A stretch of DNA of 64,000 nt from a virus: IMG/VR virus record IMGVR_UViG_3300031553_000354, positions 1 to 64,000 of that record; one strand, given 5' to 3'. The stretch's first letter is position 1. Each line of letters opens with the position of its first letter. The notes under the pieces were generated by a model. The model was not told where the DNA came from. It was given only the letters and a program-made list of their open reading frames with translations, and did not search any database. Shown here piece after piece: positions 10,567 through 19,588 of the stretch. The position numbers and the translations under genes are program-made.

Positions 10567-11619
10567 ATGCGCATAAGTGTTTGTCTTTCGACTAGAAGAT
10601 ATGGCGGATTGCTTCGACAACTTGAATTTTTTAGGCATCAAACATTTCCATTGGATGAATTTGAAATCGTTATAGTTGATGGTTTATATTGGAAACGTGA
10701 ACAAGAAATAAGATCAAAAGCCGCTGAATGGGGACTTAACCTGAAATATTCTGCGCCTAGAAAACTCGACAGAAAAGTCTCAATTGATCATCCATCAATG
10801 AGAAATGATGCTCTTGTTCTTGCCGGGGGGGAATTAATAGTATTTTTTGATGATTATCAAATACCGAGTCCACAATTGTTATCTGAACATTGGAAAATTT
10901 ATAAAAAGGGTTATTGTTGCCAAGGTAGACAATTCTATTTTGATATAGTAGATTTTGATAATCTACCGGCCGGGGCAAATTTATCTTTGAAAAAATCAAA
11001 TAACGTTGATTTAGGATCTATTGAGCAAGAAGTATCATCAACAACGTTTTATACACACAATTGTTCTGCTCCATTGAATGAATTAATCAAGATCAATGGT
11101 TTTGATGAAAGATATAATAGCGGCACTGGCGGAGAAGACTATGACTGTGGGATGCGACTTGGATTGATTGGAAATAGGATGATGTATAATCCAAATGCAT
11201 TGTGTTATCATATGGAGCACCATTCAATTAAAATATATCCAGCTGTCCCCGATATTTGTGGGTTCATACATGGGGCACAAACAAAAGAGAACTTTTTGAA
11301 ATTATATCCGACTATGACCGAGGAAGATATTCAATGGATTGAGTGGAATAATATAAAAAAATATGCGCAAAATGGAGATAATCATAATAGGAATTTAATT
11401 TATAACCATCCAAATTTTACTGGTAAATTTTCCACTGACACACTGGATACTTGGGATGAAAATGGATTGATATTTTGCAAATGCAAAATTTGCGGATGGG
11501 AAGGTATAATTGATAGCATACCCCTATTCCATTGGAATTCTGAAAATAAGAACAATGAAGCGCCCAAAGAATATTTTGATTTGGATTTTGAAAGGCAAAA
11601 AATTGCGAAAAAAAATTAA
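10567..11619 (+). CDS. GT2 family glycosyltransferase with C-terminal CxxC
   Basis: FEIVIVDG, FFDD, NGFDERY...GGEDYD, CYHMEH, CKICG. Confidence 0.85.
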   Translation: MRISVCLSTRRYGGLLRQLEFFRHQTFPLDEFEIVIVDGLYWKREQEIRSKAAEWGLNLKYSAPRKLDRKVSIDHPSMRNDALVLAGGELIVFFDDYQIPSPQLLSEHWKIYKKGYCCQGRQFYFDIVDFDNLPAGANLSLKKSNNVDLGSIEQEVSSTTFYTHNCSAPLNELIKINGFDERYNSGTGGEDYDCGMRLGLIGNRMMYNPNALCYHMEHHSIKIYPAVPDICGFIHGAQTKENFLKLYPTMTEEDIQWIEWNNIKKYAQNGDNHNRNLIYNHPNFTGKFSTDTLDTWDENGLIFCKCKICGWEGIIDSIPLFHWNSENKNNEAPKEYFDLDFERQKIAKKN

Positions 11620-12133
11620 ATTCCTAAAAATAAAGAACTATACAAAATTGAATTTACCAATAGATCTTTGGCAAGAAATCCTGCATCCATATGTAGTAAA
11701 AACAATTGATATTTTGGTTTATCCAGTTTCGATTATAATTCGTCCATCTTCTAAAAACAACGCATGGTATACTGGCAAACCGGAAATTATTATCGAAGTA
11801 TCCTCATCCATGACCCTTGAAGAATTGAATTGGACATTTATGCATGAATTTAGACATCATATGCAAGAAGATCCATTATTAAATGCGCAATTGATGAATT
11901 CAGATAGAGAATATTTAATCAAAATCCTTCAATCATGTGGGAAGTTAACTCGAAGAAAAGTACTTGAAAAATTTCATGATTTGATGCCAGAAGAAATAGA
12001 TGCAAATATGTTTGCTACAGAGATTATGAAATATATTTTTAAACATCGGCGATTCTTACCGTATAGAGGCAAAACACAATATATTGATAAAGTATATAGA
12101 AGAAAAGATTTGGTTGATTTTCCGGAAGGATAA
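11510..12133 (+). CDS. HExxH zincin-like hypothetical protein (true start probably near 11603)
   Basis: FMHEFRHHMQ followed by EEIDANMFA, the ImmA/IrrE-like E-x-x-A-N pattern. Confidence 0.6.
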   Translation: MIAYPYSIGILKIRTMKRPKNILIWILKGKKLRKKIKFLKIKNYTKLNLPIDLWQEILHPYVVKTIDILVYPVSIIIRPSSKNNAWYTGKPEIIIEVSSSMTLEELNWTFMHEFRHHMQEDPLLNAQLMNSDREYLIKILQSCGKLTRRKVLEKFHDLMPEEIDANMFATEIMKYIFKHRRFLPYRGKTQYIDKVYRRKDLVDFPEG

Positions 12134-12226
12134 AATGATGAATATTGTAATTTTTTGGCTATCGGCACTTATAGGGTGTGTAATTTTATATTTCTTATTT
12201 GGTAATCATAATTTGGATGATAAAAA

Positions 12227-12697
12227 ATGAAAGAAAGTATCTTTGCGGGCGAAATGAAAAAAAGTTTATTGCACCATTATCCGGAAGCTTTGTACATTAA
12301 AATTCCCGATAGTATAGGTCAAAGATTCGGAACTGAAAAATTTTTTGATGCGCTTTTCTATATCAATGGACGATTCTTTGCCCTCGAATACAAGCAACAC
12401 AAATCTCATAGAGCGTTCCCGCTATCAAAGATTCGACCCATACAGGAAGAATATTTGCAAAAAACAAAGAATAATCAGGGAGCCGCATATTTCGTTTTTA
12501 ATATTAGATATAAAGAGGCAAAACGTATTGATATAGCAATTTTCATAGATATAGATCGCTGGAACATATTGAAGCAAGAATTGGGTTCGAAAAAATCAAT
12601 TCCCCTGGATATTTTGATGAACGCGGGAATTACAATTTCATATGAGCGCATCGATGGAAAAAAAATATGGCAAGTAAACCAAATCATTCAGGAATGA
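12227..12697 (+). CDS. RecU-like Holliday junction resolvase / PD-(D/E)xK nuclease
   Basis: FDALFYINGRFFALEYK, FPLSKIRPIQ, GAAYFVF, KKSIP. Confidence 0.75.
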   Translation: MKESIFAGEMKKSLLHHYPEALYIKIPDSIGQRFGTEKFFDALFYINGRFFALEYKQHKSHRAFPLSKIRPIQEEYLQKTKNNQGAAYFVFNIRYKEAKRIDIAIFIDIDRWNILKQELGSKKSIPLDILMNAGITISYERIDGKKIWQVNQIIQE

Positions 12698-12746
12698 CAT
12701 ATGAGAAAACAAGTTGTGAAAAACGGATCTGAGATAAATAATAAAC

Positions 12747-13226
12747 TTGGAAATGGCTCTTTGTCCACTTTGCTTATCAGAAACGTCAGATATTTTATGT
12801 AAGCTATGTAGTGCCAATTATTTATGGGACAAAAAATATAAAATATTCAGAAAAAAATTGAACGTGGTGGGCACAAGATATAAATCCCAACACTTGCTCT
12901 ATGAAATTTGTAAATCACTATATGGCACAGTATTCGAAGAAGTTGCGTTCCCGCGATGTTATAGCAAAAAAGGGGCGCTTCTTCGTTTTGATATCTATAT
13001 CCCAAAAAAGAAAATTTTGATAGAATACCAGGGTCGGTGTCATAATGTCTATATAAAACATTTTCATAAATCTATGAAACAGTTTAAAGAAGCCCAACAT
13101 CGTGATTTGAGAAAAAAGATTTTTTGTTCAAAATTTGGTTATAATTTAATAGAATTTTTTCCTACTGATCGAATATTTGCCCATGAAGTAAAAATGAAGA
13201 TAGATAACCCGGAAATGAAAATATGA
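12747..13226 (+). CDS. Zn-ribbon plus Vsr/DUF559-like PD-(D/E)xK endonuclease
   Basis: CPLC...CKLC, LRFDIYIP, IEYQGRCH, RDLRKK. Confidence 0.7.
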   Translation: MEMALCPLCLSETSDILCKLCSANYLWDKKYKIFRKKLNVVGTRYKSQHLLYEICKSLYGTVFEEVAFPRCYSKKGALLRFDIYIPKKKILIEYQGRCHNVYIKHFHKSMKQFKEAQHRDLRKKIFCSKFGYNLIEFFPTDRIFAHEVKMKIDNPEMKI

Positions 13227-13678
13227 GCTTTCACAAAGGCCAATTCAAGGATCTGATAGAGCGTACTTTGATTTCTTATGAACCAAAGCTTTGCGTCGAT
13301 GCCGCAATTAATCTTCTTTTAGGAACTGCCGCACAGGAAAGCCATTTTGGAACATATCTCCGCCAAATAGGTAGCGGACCAGCACTAGGCGTATTTCAAA
13401 TGGAACCATCAACATTTATTTGGCTTAGAGATCATTATGCAAGAAGGCCGCCTTTTAATATGTCGAATCTCGGAGAACGGGTTGCCGAAGAACTTGAATG
13501 GGATCTTCGGTTAGCGACCATTATGGCTCGGCTCCGTTATTGGATTATACCTAAACCATTACCTGATGCAAATGATATTCAGGCTTTAGCCCAATATTGG
13601 AAAAACTATTATAATACTCGTTTTGGTCGAGGCACTATCGAAGAGTTCATTGAAAACTATCGGAAATTCGTAGAATAA
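13223..13678 (+). CDS. lysozyme-fold transglycosylase (candidate endolysin)
   Basis: GTAAQESHFG, GPALGVFQMEP, YWKNYYNT. Confidence 0.75.
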   Translation: MSFHKGQFKDLIERTLISYEPKLCVDAAINLLLGTAAQESHFGTYLRQIGSGPALGVFQMEPSTFIWLRDHYARRPPFNMSNLGERVAEELEWDLRLATIMARLRYWIIPKPLPDANDIQALAQYWKNYYNTRFGRGTIEEFIENYRKFVE

Positions 13679-13688
13679 AGGAATCACC

Positions 13689-14891
13689 ATGAAAGATGAA
13701 TCCAAACGATTATATAAAGACATAATTAGTGATAAATCCATTGAGCCATTTAATAAGCATTTAAAAATTCCGGTTGATAATCAAATAAGTATAGAACTGG
13801 AATTTCCTGGATTAAAAAGCATAATGGCTGCATTGGCTATGGAAAAATTGATTCCACATGCATCAAAGATTATAAGGTATGGCGACAAAGGAGAGGAACT
13901 GAGACCGGTATATAAATCACTCTCCATTGATTATAAAAAAGAAAAAATATTGCCATGGATATTGAGTTTGCATGGAAAATTTGGAGACACACCATATGTG
14001 GCATCTATTTCTCCTAATTGGAATGGATGTTCCATAATTTTTACATTCAATAAAGATTCAAAATTTCAAGCATTTATTGAAAAGTTCCGAAAATCTGTTC
14101 GAGCAAATAATATTTATAAAGGAAAAGTATTTTCTTCAAACGGAGCATTTATTCCAAGAAAGAATCTCACTCTCGATAATATTTATTTGCCTTCGGAAAT
14201 AAAAACACTGATTAAAAATAATATTTTGAATTTTTTTGATAAAAAGGAAATATTTGAAGCCAATGACATACCATTTCGGCGCGGGATTCTTTTGATAGGC
14301 GCGCCCGGAACGGGAAAAACATATTTGGGCGGAATATTACATTCTATTATGAAAGATGTTAGTTTTATTTGGACAAAAGCTGCTGATCTTGACTATAGAG
14401 GTAGTTTTTCATCTTTGGCGGCATTCGCATCTGATGTGAGTCCAAGCATATTATTTTTTGAGGATATAGATTATCTGGAACCTCAAAACCGCACCATCAT
14501 GAGTGAATTTTTAAATGTATTGGATGGACAACCACCATTGGAAAATGTTCTTTTCATAACAACGTGCAATTCTGATAAATTGCCTCCCAATTTGGGCGAC
14601 CGTCCTGGGAGAATCGATTGCAAAATCAACTTTCCTCTTCCGGAAGAGAGCGTCCGATTAAAATATCTGCGAGATCTTGCAAAAGCCAAAAATTTGATTC
14701 TCGATGATTCTGAATTGCAGGAATTGGCAAAAAATACTGAAGGATTTACTCCTGCTCATCTGAAAAATTTTATAGAATTTGCAATCTTAATGGCAATTAA
14801 TGAAGATTCTATCCATGAAGATAAAACCGCGAAAATGACGAATGATATAGCAAAACGGGCGCTCAAAATAATAAAAAGCGGCAGGTCATGA
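13689..14891 (+). CDS. AAA+ ATPase (classic clade, no protease domain)
   Basis: Walker A GAPGTGKT, Walker B FFEDID, LNVLDG, second region of homology DRPGRID, TEGFTPA. Confidence 0.9.
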   Translation: MKDESKRLYKDIISDKSIEPFNKHLKIPVDNQISIELEFPGLKSIMAALAMEKLIPHASKIIRYGDKGEELRPVYKSLSIDYKKEKILPWILSLHGKFGDTPYVASISPNWNGCSIIFTFNKDSKFQAFIEKFRKSVRANNIYKGKVFSSNGAFIPRKNLTLDNIYLPSEIKTLIKNNILNFFDKKEIFEANDIPFRRGILLIGAPGTGKTYLGGILHSIMKDVSFIWTKAADLDYRGSFSSLAAFASDVSPSILFFEDIDYLEPQNRTIMSEFLNVLDGQPPLENVLFITTCNSDKLPPNLGDRPGRIDCKINFPLPEESVRLKYLRDLAKAKNLILDDSELQELAKNTEGFTPAHLKNFIEFAILMAINEDSIHEDKTAKMTNDIAKRALKIIKSGRS

Positions 14892-15655
14892 TAAAATTTC
14901 CAATGGATTCCGCACATTCCGTAAAAATGGGCATATCTTCAATTGTAAAGATGGCAATATCTGGATGTAAGGAACTTGACTTTTTGAAAGATTACTTTCC
15001 GGAAGATTATTTCAACAATTATGTGATACCTAAAGAAAATCAAAAGAAATTGTTGATCCAATTAGAGAATATAACAAATTCCTTATACGGTGGGATCCCT
15101 GTAATTTGCGCTGGACCAAAATGCGAAATGAAACATATTTGTCCGTTTGATAAACAGGGAATCGCGCCGGTTGGTTATTCATGTCCATTGGAAAGAATTT
15201 TTTTGGAAAAAACAATTAGAGAATATATTGAAAGTGAAAGTTTGAATACAAGCAATAAAGATGAAATGGAAAAGGCTAGGGAACTGGCTGAATGCGATTT
15301 ATATATTAAATTTCGCACTCCTGCAATATTATCCAAAAAAGCTACTGCATTTCAAGAACTTTCAAAACGATATCATCCAGAAACCGGACAATTAATTGAA
15401 GAGAAAACAGAAGTTTCGAAAGCGCTGGAAGTGCGCATGAAGATGACGAAAAGGCGGGATCAAATCCTGGAAGAATTGGTATCTACTCGAAAAGGAAAAC
15501 TCAAGCATAAGCTTATTAAACCAGGCGATGATCCGGCAAAAGCGGCCGCTCGGTTATTAAAAAAACTGCAAGAATTAAAAATAAACGCATCGGATGTAGA
15601 ATTTGAAGTAATTGATGATGAAGATGATAAAAATAATGAAGTCGAAAAGAAATAA
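14888..15655 (+). CDS. Cys-cluster hypothetical phage protein
   Basis: C-x4-C-x5-CP...CPLE, helical C-half and acidic tail. ATGA-coupled to the ATPase. Confidence 0.6.
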   Translation: MIKFPMDSAHSVKMGISSIVKMAISGCKELDFLKDYFPEDYFNNYVIPKENQKKLLIQLENITNSLYGGIPVICAGPKCEMKHICPFDKQGIAPVGYSCPLERIFLEKTIREYIESESLNTSNKDEMEKARELAECDLYIKFRTPAILSKKATAFQELSKRYHPETGQLIEEKTEVSKALEVRMKMTKRRDQILEELVSTRKGKLKHKLIKPGDDPAKAAARLLKKLQELKINASDVEFEVIDDEDDKNNEVEKK

Positions 15656-15658
15656 ATT

Positions 15659-15985
15659 ATGAAATTAGCCGGAACATTAAAAGAAATTGCTAAAGGAAAG
15701 CTACTCCAAACTATTCAAACGATTCATAATTTATCACCCGCGGCGAAACGAAAATTAGCAGTATATGGAGGAATTGCCGCAGGATTCGGAACAGTGGGTG
15801 TAATCAGTAGCTGGAGAATGAATCGTTACCGTGGTCAAATGACCCGGGATCAATATCAAAGATTTTTACAAAGTCAGGGATATGTCCAACGATTGTATAA
15901 AGATAGACGAAAATCCCATCTAATGGGCTCGAATCTCCAACAGGACCAACTTCAACGTTTATTTCAAAGTGGGGGCGCTCGATAA
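15659..15985 (+). CDS. basic protein with one hydrophobic Gly-rich segment
   Basis: LAVYGGIAAGFGTVGVIS; Arg/Gln rich. Confidence 0.6.
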   Translation: MKLAGTLKEIAKGKLLQTIQTIHNLSPAAKRKLAVYGGIAAGFGTVGVISSWRMNRYRGQMTRDQYQRFLQSQGYVQRLYKDRRKSHLMGSNLQQDQLQRLFQSGGAR

Positions 15986-16578
15986 TGAGTTTACGCTCAT
16001 CTGCAATCAAATCCATAGGATCTGTATTAAAATCGGCCAAATCCAAGGTTATTAAACCTTCCGCTCAAATTGTTAGTAAACCGAATGAAATGAGATTTGC
16101 TCGCTATTTGAAAAATATGGAAGGGAAATTACCATTTAAAATTGAAGGAAATATTATAAGAACCGAAGGTCGAAATATTAAACTTGTTGAAAAACCAAGA
16201 GATTTTGGCGTGTTGGTAAAACGCAATGAAATGTGGCTTCCATCAAATGCTAGTCCGGCAGAACAGTTAATATCAGCCATGCATGAAATTGGTCACGTCA
16301 AAGATCCATATACAAATATTTATCCGAAAACTGCTTTGGGTTATAGATGGAGAGAATTAGCAGCATGGAAATGGACAAGTCAACTATTGTTAAAAACGGG
16401 ATTATTGAGTAATCCTGAGATTAAAACTGCGCTGATTCGCAGAACTAGGATTTCACTCAAAAGTTACGAGGCCGTAACGAAAGGTATTCAATTATCGTAT
16501 AAAGGTAAAGATAATATGCATGGTTTTATTATGCGACAAGCTAAAGCTAGATATAAAAGAATAGGGCAGGAAATTTAA
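15985..16578 (+). CDS. basic HExxH zincin-like protein
   Basis: AMHEIGH...RELAAW. TAATG coupling. Confidence 0.6.
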   Translation: MSLRSSAIKSIGSVLKSAKSKVIKPSAQIVSKPNEMRFARYLKNMEGKLPFKIEGNIIRTEGRNIKLVEKPRDFGVLVKRNEMWLPSNASPAEQLISAMHEIGHVKDPYTNIYPKTALGYRWRELAAWKWTSQLLLKTGLLSNPEIKTALIRRTRISLKSYEAVTKGIQLSYKGKDNMHGFIMRQAKARYKRIGQEI

Positions 16579-17036
16579 TGGGTATATTTGGACGATCAAC
16601 AGTATCTGTATTTGGGGCAATGCAAAACCAACTGAGGCGAGGATATAGGAAAATTTTACCAATGCAGTCTGAATTTCCAAAATTGATTGAAGAAAGTGTT
16701 AGAAAATTAGCAGCTACGAGAAGGATTCATCCATTTACTATGAGAAAAGGCGCGAGACGGACATATGGTCATGAAATTGCAAATTATACGAAGCCGCCCA
16801 CTGAAGATCGACTGGCTCATGCATTTGCTACTCATATAAATTTGATTAAGGGACGACCATTATATCGACGGCCGATGAATAATCCGGCCGCAATGGGGGG
16901 CCCATGGAGATTCAGAATGGAAAAATATATGAAATTTGGTCAGCATCTATTTCCAACGATGGGCACACATGTTCCTTTGAGTTCTGCTAGTCGTGTGCTA
17001 CAGGGGAAGAAACCATTTGTAACAAAAACAGGATAA
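16578..17036 (+). CDS. basic hypothetical protein
   Basis: Arg-rich 152-aa ORF, TAATG coupling. Confidence 0.6.
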   Translation: MGIFGRSTVSVFGAMQNQLRRGYRKILPMQSEFPKLIEESVRKLAATRRIHPFTMRKGARRTYGHEIANYTKPPTEDRLAHAFATHINLIKGRPLYRRPMNNPAAMGGPWRFRMEKYMKFGQHLFPTMGTHVPLSSASRVLQGKKPFVTKTG

Positions 17037-17040
17037 GTTT

Positions 17041-18066
17041 ATGAAAAGATTTAAACATAAGACGAAATCGGAAATTATTGAAATATGTAAGTTATATACT
17101 GGTGGATCATCAGCAAATGCACTATCTAAACAATTTAATGTGGGTGTGCGCAGTATTAATAGAATTTTGCATAATAATGGAATATCAGCGCATTATCCGA
17201 AGAAATCGATTGATGAAATAAAATTGATATGCAGATTATATGAAAATGGCACGAAAACAAAATATTTGGCTAGAAAATTTAATGTAGTTCAATCAACCAT
17301 AAGGCAAATTCTATATCGTAGTAATGTTCAAATTCGCCGGGATGATAAAACCCACGCTAAGAAATATGATATTGATGAACATTTTTTTGATATAATAAAT
17401 TCACCAGAAAAGGCATATTTTTTGGGGTTACTTTATGCAGATGGATATAATAACGAATCCAAAAATACTGTTGCTGTCCAACTCAAGGAATCAGATAAGC
17501 AGATATTAATTGATCTGAAAAAATTAATCAAAACTAATCGACCGCTATATTATGTTGTTTCAAATACATCATATGGAATAGCAAAATGTTGGAAATTAGT
17601 TATAACAAATAAACATATAAGCCAAAAATTGAACGAATTAGGATGTGTGCAAGCAAAAACATTTAAATTAACATTTCCTGAATGGCTTGAAGAAAATTTA
17701 TATCCTCATTTCATTAGAGGATATTTTGACGGCGATGGGTCGATTGGAATTTACAGAAAAACTCTTCATTTTAGTATTGTTGGTACCATTTCATTTTGTA
17801 ATTTTTTGAAACAATTATTTGCTGGTAACTTCAAAGTAAATTGCTGCATTTCGAAACGACATAAAAATCGAGATAATAATATTAGACAATTAGAAATTCA
17901 AGGCAATAGGCAAGCAATCAAAATTATGAATTGGCTTTATGATAATGCGACCATAAAATTAGAACGAAAATATCAAAAATATATTTCGATTTTTGATATG
18001 AGTATTGGAAAATATAGAGGAGAAAAATTATGTTCAGCCGCGATCTCAACAGTTGGAAAGCCATAG
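17041..18066 (+). mobile_element. free-standing LAGLIDADG homing endonuclease with N-terminal HTH repeats
   Basis: YFLGLLYADG and FIRGYFDGDG motifs; two HTH-like N-terminal repeats; C-terminal WLY...LERKY. Confidence 0.9.
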
Positions 18067-18374
18067 GCCGCTTCGTAAGTAGATGGCTTGGACGACCCGC
18101 GGCGCAAGTTATGAAAGAAAAATGGCCGCGTCGCATGGTTGGATTGGGTGCATTTGGCGCTTGGGCGGGATACCGAGGAATGCGAGGAGTAGTTTCTGGT
18201 TACGATATGATGGTTCAAAGTCCAGAAGATATGGCGAATCGGGCAAGAAATTATGGACTTTACGGAGACGAACAGTTTTTCAGGCGACAAGGGCGTATGC
18301 CATCGAACCATCTTGGCCATTCTGGTATAGGTCTTGCTTCTTGGAGATTAAGACACGGACGTCCATCATTATAA
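18030..18374 (+). CDS. basic Gly/Arg-rich protein with hydrophobic segment
   Basis: GAGGAG SD; MVGLGAFGAWAGY; higher GC than the flanking endonuclease. Confidence 0.65.
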   Translation: MFSRDLNSWKAIGRFVSRWLGRPAAQVMKEKWPRRMVGLGAFGAWAGYRGMRGVVSGYDMMVQSPEDMANRARNYGLYGDEQFFRRQGRMPSNHLGHSGIGLASWRLRHGRPSL

Positions 18375-18415
18375 GGTAATGAATATGAATCCACAATCTG
18401 ATGAAGGATCAGACT

Positions 18416-18574
18416 ATGATAGATGGAATTATAATTGCCGCCGCAATAATTATCTGGGATATTACCCGAGATTGCATAATTGTTCCTCGCAGAGTGGACA
18501 AAAAAGTTGGAACACGTATAGAAAAACTGGAAACGAAAATGGATAAGATATTGAAGAAAATGGAGCTACATTAG
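18416..18574 (+). CDS. small membrane protein (52 aa; not in ORF track)
   Basis: MIDGIIIAAAIIIWDITRDCIIVPRRVDKKVGTRIEKLETKMDKILKKMELH*. AAGGA SD; hydrophobic N-terminus then coiled coil. Confidence 0.55.
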   Translation: MIDGIIIAAAIIIWDITRDCIIVPRRVDKKVGTRIEKLETKMDKILKKMELH

Positions 18575-18583
18575 GAGATAATC

Positions 18584-19423
18584 ATGCTGGGATTTTTAGC
18601 GACGTCATTGATGTACATGAACTTGACGAAATCAAGATCACTTTTCAATACGGCCATGACTGGAAGTCCGGGAATTGTAGGAATGCGATGGCTCGGCGCC
18701 GGCAAATGGTATGATCCGCTCAAATACGCTAAAGGTCTTTTACTTCCTGGCGGGAAGCCGCGGACTGATATTTTTGCCATAAATCCAGAAGGTCGAATAG
18801 GAACAGTATTAACTAGGGGATTCGCCGGCTTAGCAGAACGATTTCCAAGTCCATGGAGTAGAGGCATGGCAACCATGACTGGGGCTCCAATTGGTGGAGG
18901 CCTCCGGTTTGGCGCATTTACCGGAGGAGGAATGATTTCTGCTGGAGAGGCGACAGCTGTCAGAACGGGTTTATCCAAAATGAATTATAAACATTTACTA
19001 AAAATGACAGAGGCGGATGCTGGAAAATTATTAATGAGAACAGCGCCACATAGTCTTACAGTTGCTGGAGCAAAAGGATTGGCCCCATCTTTAGTCAGCA
19101 GTGCCAAGATGGCTGGAAGATTGAAAATCGTAGGTGGGGTTGCCGCACCATTAAATTATTTAGTTTGGGGGTGGCTATTTGGCACATTGGCATATGGCGT
19201 TGGTCGAGGAATTGGCGCTGTTGCTGGTGCAGTCCAAACATCAGCCGAACGAGCAGTTGGCCAAATCCGAAGCTTAGAATTTGGCGGAGGTGCGGCTCCA
19301 GCATTTCAAACCAGATTAGCGATTACTGAAAGACAAAGGGCAGTCCAAGAAATCGGAAGACATAATCTGAATGCAAGAAGACTTCTTGGGAATGAGGGAC
19401 GACAAATGGCAGATATTTACTAA
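18584..19423 (+). CDS. Gly/Ala-rich basic protein, candidate virion core or ejection protein
   Basis: AGGAG SD; hydrophobic LVWGWLFGTLAYGVG; C-terminal TERQRAVQEI...NARRLLGNEG. Confidence 0.65.
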   Translation: MLGFLATSLMYMNLTKSRSLFNTAMTGSPGIVGMRWLGAGKWYDPLKYAKGLLLPGGKPRTDIFAINPEGRIGTVLTRGFAGLAERFPSPWSRGMATMTGAPIGGGLRFGAFTGGGMISAGEATAVRTGLSKMNYKHLLKMTEADAGKLLMRTAPHSLTVAGAKGLAPSLVSSAKMAGRLKIVGGVAAPLNYLVWGWLFGTLAYGVGRGIGAVAGAVQTSAERAVGQIRSLEFGGGAAPAFQTRLAITERQRAVQEIGRHNLNARRLLGNEGRQMADIY

Positions 19424-19433
19424 TGAAATATAA

Positions 19434-19578
19434 TTACAAACTAAATCCAGATGGGAATTAAAAACCAACGGAAATAAACAAACTCGAGAAATTATGAATT
19501 GGCCATATTGCGATTCTATTTATTATCTTGCGAGGAAATATGATAAATATTTGCAATTCAAACGAAAGTTATTCATAA
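19434..19578 (+). pseudogene. C-terminal remnant of a LAGLIDADG homing endonuclease
   Basis: Frame after TAA 19431 reads WELKTNGNKQTREIMNWPYCDSIYYLARKYDKY, matching QLEIQGNRQAIKIMNWLYDNATIKLERKYQKY of 17041-18066. Confidence 0.7.
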
Positions 19579-19588
19579 GGAGATTGTT

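Noticed and set aside
17037-18070. Group I intron around the LAGLIDADG gene
   Set aside because: The ORF fills the whole gap, leaving no room for a ribozyme core, and both flanking genes have their own stop and SD/start.
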